Shown: one piece after another, positions 32,811-36,333 of the stretch
Position numbering within the stretch: position 1 is the first letter of the stretch
How the letters are laid out: the number at the start of each line of letters is the position of its first letter
Source: Patellaria atrata CBS 101060
Taxonomy: Eukaryota
DNA length: 36,333 nucleotides
Direction: 5' to 3'
Assembly: GCA_010093705.1 (NCBI GenBank)
Contig: MU006101.1
Coordinates: 310,001-346,333, forward strand
Program-made: the position numbers and the translations under genes
Notes under the pieces: model-generated
Seen by the model: the letters and a program-made list of their open reading frames with translations, nothing else
The model's database searches: none
What the model was told of the DNA's origin: nothing

Positions 32811-33763
32811 TCAATCACCTTTCTTGAACGAATCCACGCCCCGGACGATGCTGTAACTCGTACCCGCGGCCGCAGCGCCGATGAGTAAGGTCTGTCCAGC
32901 GCTAAAAACAGCCGCTTTCCTTGTCGTCCCTGTTACGATCGCTTTGACGTAGCCGAAGACTAGTAATATCACGATCGTGATGCCTATGGAGCAGAAAAGC
33001 GCCGATTGTACGTTATCCTGAAAGAAATAAGGGAGCATAGGAACAAGGCCGCCTACAACTCATAAGCCCACACCCTTTAAAAAAAAAAAAAAAAAGGTTC
33101 CAGACGCGCAACTCACCAATAAAATACGACATTCCCATAACCAGCGCACTAATCCAGGCCCTCGACAGCGCCGGCTTCTCCAGCTTTAGCTCAAAGTCCA
33201 TCATGAACTTGACCCACATGTCCGGATTCGCCTTCAGGCCGTCCACCACGCCGGCCACCGCGTCGCGCCCGAGCCCGTACTCGTCGAAGATCTCGTATAT
33301 CTCTTCCTCTTCGGCTTTCGGGGATTCGGCGACTTCGCGCCATTCACGCGCTTCTTCGACTTCGTAGTGCTTAGCCTCTGTTGTTGCAGCTAGCCAGGCC
33401 CCGAGACCCATCGATATGGCGCCTGAGAAGAGCTCGGCTAGACCGCCGAGGATGACGAGTCGGGAAGAGTTGAGGCTAGGAGGGTCAGTGGGCGCGTTGG
33501 GGATGTGGTGTTTAAGGGGGGTGTTTGGAGGGAGCTTTTAAGATAGCAAGGGGGAGGGGAGTTAAAGGAGGTAAAACTCACGATGATAAACCTGCTGTCA
33601 GTGCAAAAGGGACGGTAAGGCCGTCTGCGAAGCCAATTATCACATCTCTGATTATTTCGTTGTGATTCTTGTGTTTTTCTGTATGAGGATTGAGGCGAGA
33701 CTGGGGGAATGTCTGATAACCGGCCTCCTCGGGGAGGATGTGCTGCTTTGAGAGGAGTGACAT
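32811..33763 (-). CDS. CCC1: Vacuolar Fe/Mn transporter (VIT1/Ccc1 family); exons 33763-33582, 33475-33117, 33052-32811
   Basis: RDVIIGFADGLTVPFALTAGLSSL, GLAELFSGAISMGLGAWL, FMMDFEL, SYFIGGLVPMLPYF, LLVFGYVK; two in-phase introns. Confidence 0.93.
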
Positions 33764-34097
33764 GTTAGAAAGTTAATGTATTATCTCACACCGACTGGTA
33801 AGATGGATTTAGTAGGATTCGACTGTAATCGCGGTCCTTTGAAGCATATATCAAGATCCTGAGTTTCGGCAAGAGTGACCTAAGTAGGTAGTACACTAAC
33901 GCGGGGAATAGATGTACAGTATAAGAGTGCTGAAGGCACAGCACAACTGAATAGTAGTATAGAGTAGTAGGAGTCAGTATGATAGAGTAGGTAGGCAGTC
34001 AGATTGAAAAGCACAAGAGTGTTTATAAAGTCTTTCTATGGAGTTTAGACCAAGCTTCATCGAAGGTGGGCGAGCTTCCCGTATCACACTAAATTGA

Positions 34098-34117
34098 CGA
34101 ATCAGAACAAAGAGATT
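34098..34117 (+). promoter_or_regulatory. Candidate CBC:HapX bipartite site (CSAAT-N12-RWT) upstream of CCC1
   Basis: CGAAT (34098-34102) in the context TGACGAATCAG, a 12-nt spacer, then ATT (34115-17); about 335 bp upstream of the CCC1 ATG. Confidence 0.55.
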
Positions 34118-35840
34118 TCTAAGAGAGCAAGCTTCTAAAAGAAAACGACGTCGTATGAGTCTCCTCTCTCCTCCGTCAACTCTTCGTGTTTTCCTAAAGA
34201 CTATGTTTGTTTTGCCACTTGCTAATGTTTGAATAGCTTACATATGTGGTGAGAGATGCCACGAGGCTAGAAAAGGACCGATGGACATCTCAGCAATGGC
34301 CTTTTCTATGCAAAGACCGGGCCTCTGGGTCTTTATGGAGATATGTGGGGATTGCCTGACCATGAGCTCATCCCAGTTGGACTCCAGCAATAGTAATGGA
34401 CGAAGGATCGTACGGATGAATACTCAGACATGTTCTTCGCGGTCGAGAGAGCGCTGAGAGCACAGAAAGATCTCACCGCCTTGCGGCCAAAAACCGGGGG
34501 AGCTAAGAAGACAATAGCCCCTTGAATCTCTCCACCTTTATAATAGTACTGCTCGTCCTCCCTCCGATCAAGTCTTATATTCATCATTCTGTCCGGGTTG
34601 TGGCGAAGATGATTGTTAATCCACCGCGGATGAGCAGAATATCACAATTACCAATCCCTTGATTCTATGGAGTACTCATATCTAGTAATACCACGATGAC
34701 AGGAAACTCAAGACCGCCTTTACCGTTATTTCACGTATTCGATCTGCTGCTGTGACCGTTACGATGATTCCTTTGAAAGCTCGTGGTGACTTGATATACG
34801 TAGACATACATGGGTATGGAACTTATCCCCTTGGACTCATCAAGCAGATTTACCAATTACCAGAGTATGAAAACAGCAGGAATTGACAATCATAAATAAC
34901 TAGAAACATATTCACGCATACCGAAACATATTTCTTCTAGATATAGTTGATGCGGGCTGGATGTCAGATCGTAGACCCTAATTCAAGGTGAAATGAATAT
35001 TGTCTTTGCGATGCTTTTGATGGAAAACTGAGATTTAGTACCATATGCTACTTGGAAACTACTTTTCCATTTATGTCCTCTTCTCTACCCCTTTTACGCT
35101 ACGTATTCCCGCTTTTCGCTTGAATATTCTCTTATTCAGTTTTCTATTCAAAACTTGGCCGAAATGCTTCAATCGCAATTCTATCGTGTTTTCTACTTTT
35201 ATTCATTGTCAACCTGCACCGTACTAGTCTATAAAAAAAAATTATTCTTTGGTATCAGTCATCCTACTCAATTTTCGCAAGGCGTTGTCATTACAACGAC
35301 TGTTAAATCATCCCTCGGATATTATGTTGTAAGATCCTCACAAGGGAGAATGCTAAAACACCAAGATGTCACCAGTATAGACCCTCTTAGCACTTAAGCC
35401 CCTTAGTAATACTGAATTTTCTAGGGAGTAGTATCCCGAATATTCCTCTCGGTATACATTATATCAAAATTATACCCCGGATCCGCCATCCCCGACACCC
35501 TTGTTTCCCCGCGTTTTGCCTTCTATACAACATCCCCGTGGATAACCCTTGATACAATCTTCATATAAACTACGAGTATTTCAGGACCCGACAACTCCCT
35601 ATTCGTGGGATCAAACGTATTCACAATCATTTTGCGGAGGTATAGTTCGCTACTATCAATATGGGCCTGAGGAAAAACAATTGTCATCGTACTGTACCAA
35701 CGACCCGGTGATCCAGCTCCTTTCCAAGTCACGCAATCATCTGTACTTCTACCGACAATGATATATACCTTCCACTCGACGAATCCCCGGTTTGCGCTAC
35801 AAAGGAGAGATTGTGACGTTTCTGCAACCGAACCTTCAAG

Positions 35841-36333
35841 ATGAGACTCTTCAGCATAGTCGCAGCTCTGTCTACCTGCGTTTTTGCATTACCAACTCAG
35901 TCTCTAGACTTCTCTTCCCTTGCCCCGCGGGCAGATCCGAATCTGGTAGGTTATTTGGGCGCCTTCTTCCTCGGAGACCAGCCCAAGGTCTACCTCTACC
36001 TGAGCAATGGCAACAACCCGACCTCCTTCCGCGCATTGAATAAAGGTAATCCCGTCGTCGTTCCCACGCTGGGTACCCGAGGCGTGCGTGATCCGGCTAT
36101 AGTGGCTGGAGGGGGAGAGGAGGCGGGTAAGAAATGGTATATGCTCGGGACTGACCTGGACATCGGCAAGGTATCTTCTGCTCTGTCCGTCCATCTGGCC
36201 TCTCGACGACGAGACTGAATGTACACAGGTGAGCTGGGACACAGCACAACGGCGCGGCTCCCTCAGCATCTTTGTCTGGGAAAGCACAGACCTAGTAACC
36301 TGGACCAACGAGCGCTTAGTGAAAGTCGAAAGT
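35841..36333 (+). CDS. Secreted glycoside hydrolase family 43 (arabinosidase-like), 5' part only; exons 35841-36170, 36229->36333
   Basis: Signal peptide, GYLGAFF, LSNGN, GTRGVRDP, WYMLGTDL; after intron 36171-36228, W..AQR.GS.SIFVWESTDLV.W. Runs off the window end. Confidence 0.88.

Noticed and set aside
33079..33095. Poly(A) run as a retro-insertion tail
   Set aside because: It is a poly(T) tract inside CCC1 intron 2 on the coding strand, with no flanking duplication.
34333..34587. 84-aa minus-strand ORF whose start faintly resembles an arrestin N-terminus
   Set aside because: The resemblance covers only about 30 residues and has no supported continuation.

Overview
Genomic window from a filamentous ascomycete (Pezizomycotina), judged from short GT-AG introns with CTAAC-type branch sites and HET-domain genes. 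The left end holds an intronless, co-oriented trio (TOL-like HET gene, ADP-ribosylglycohydrolase, HET-6-like gene) followed by a broken Cys-rich membrane-protein gene. The middle holds a GH5 beta-mannanase, a small secreted 8-Cys protein, an RPEL-repeat protein, an MFS sugar porter, a pseudogenised flavin L-amino-acid oxidase, an AA9 LPMO and a But2-domain secreted protein. The right end holds a probable mitoribosomal mS26 gene head-to-head with NOG2, a (GGAAATA)n repeat, the vacuolar iron transporter CCC1 and the 5' part of a GH43 gene. Four features are invisible in the ORF track. (1) An H/ACA snoRNA (snR191/U19 type) lies in the long NOG2 intron, with both guide pockets readable. (2) The oxidase gene has an intron with AT...AC termini but major-spliceosome signals. 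(3) A 171-bp solo LTR with a 5-bp target duplication sits in the same gene. (4) A CBC:HapX-type motif lies upstream of CCC1. The most speculative system-level idea is HET/ARH/HET as an NAD+/ADP-ribose-linked allorecognition or immunity module. Exon boundaries were read by eye, family calls rest on recognised motifs, and no database searches were run.
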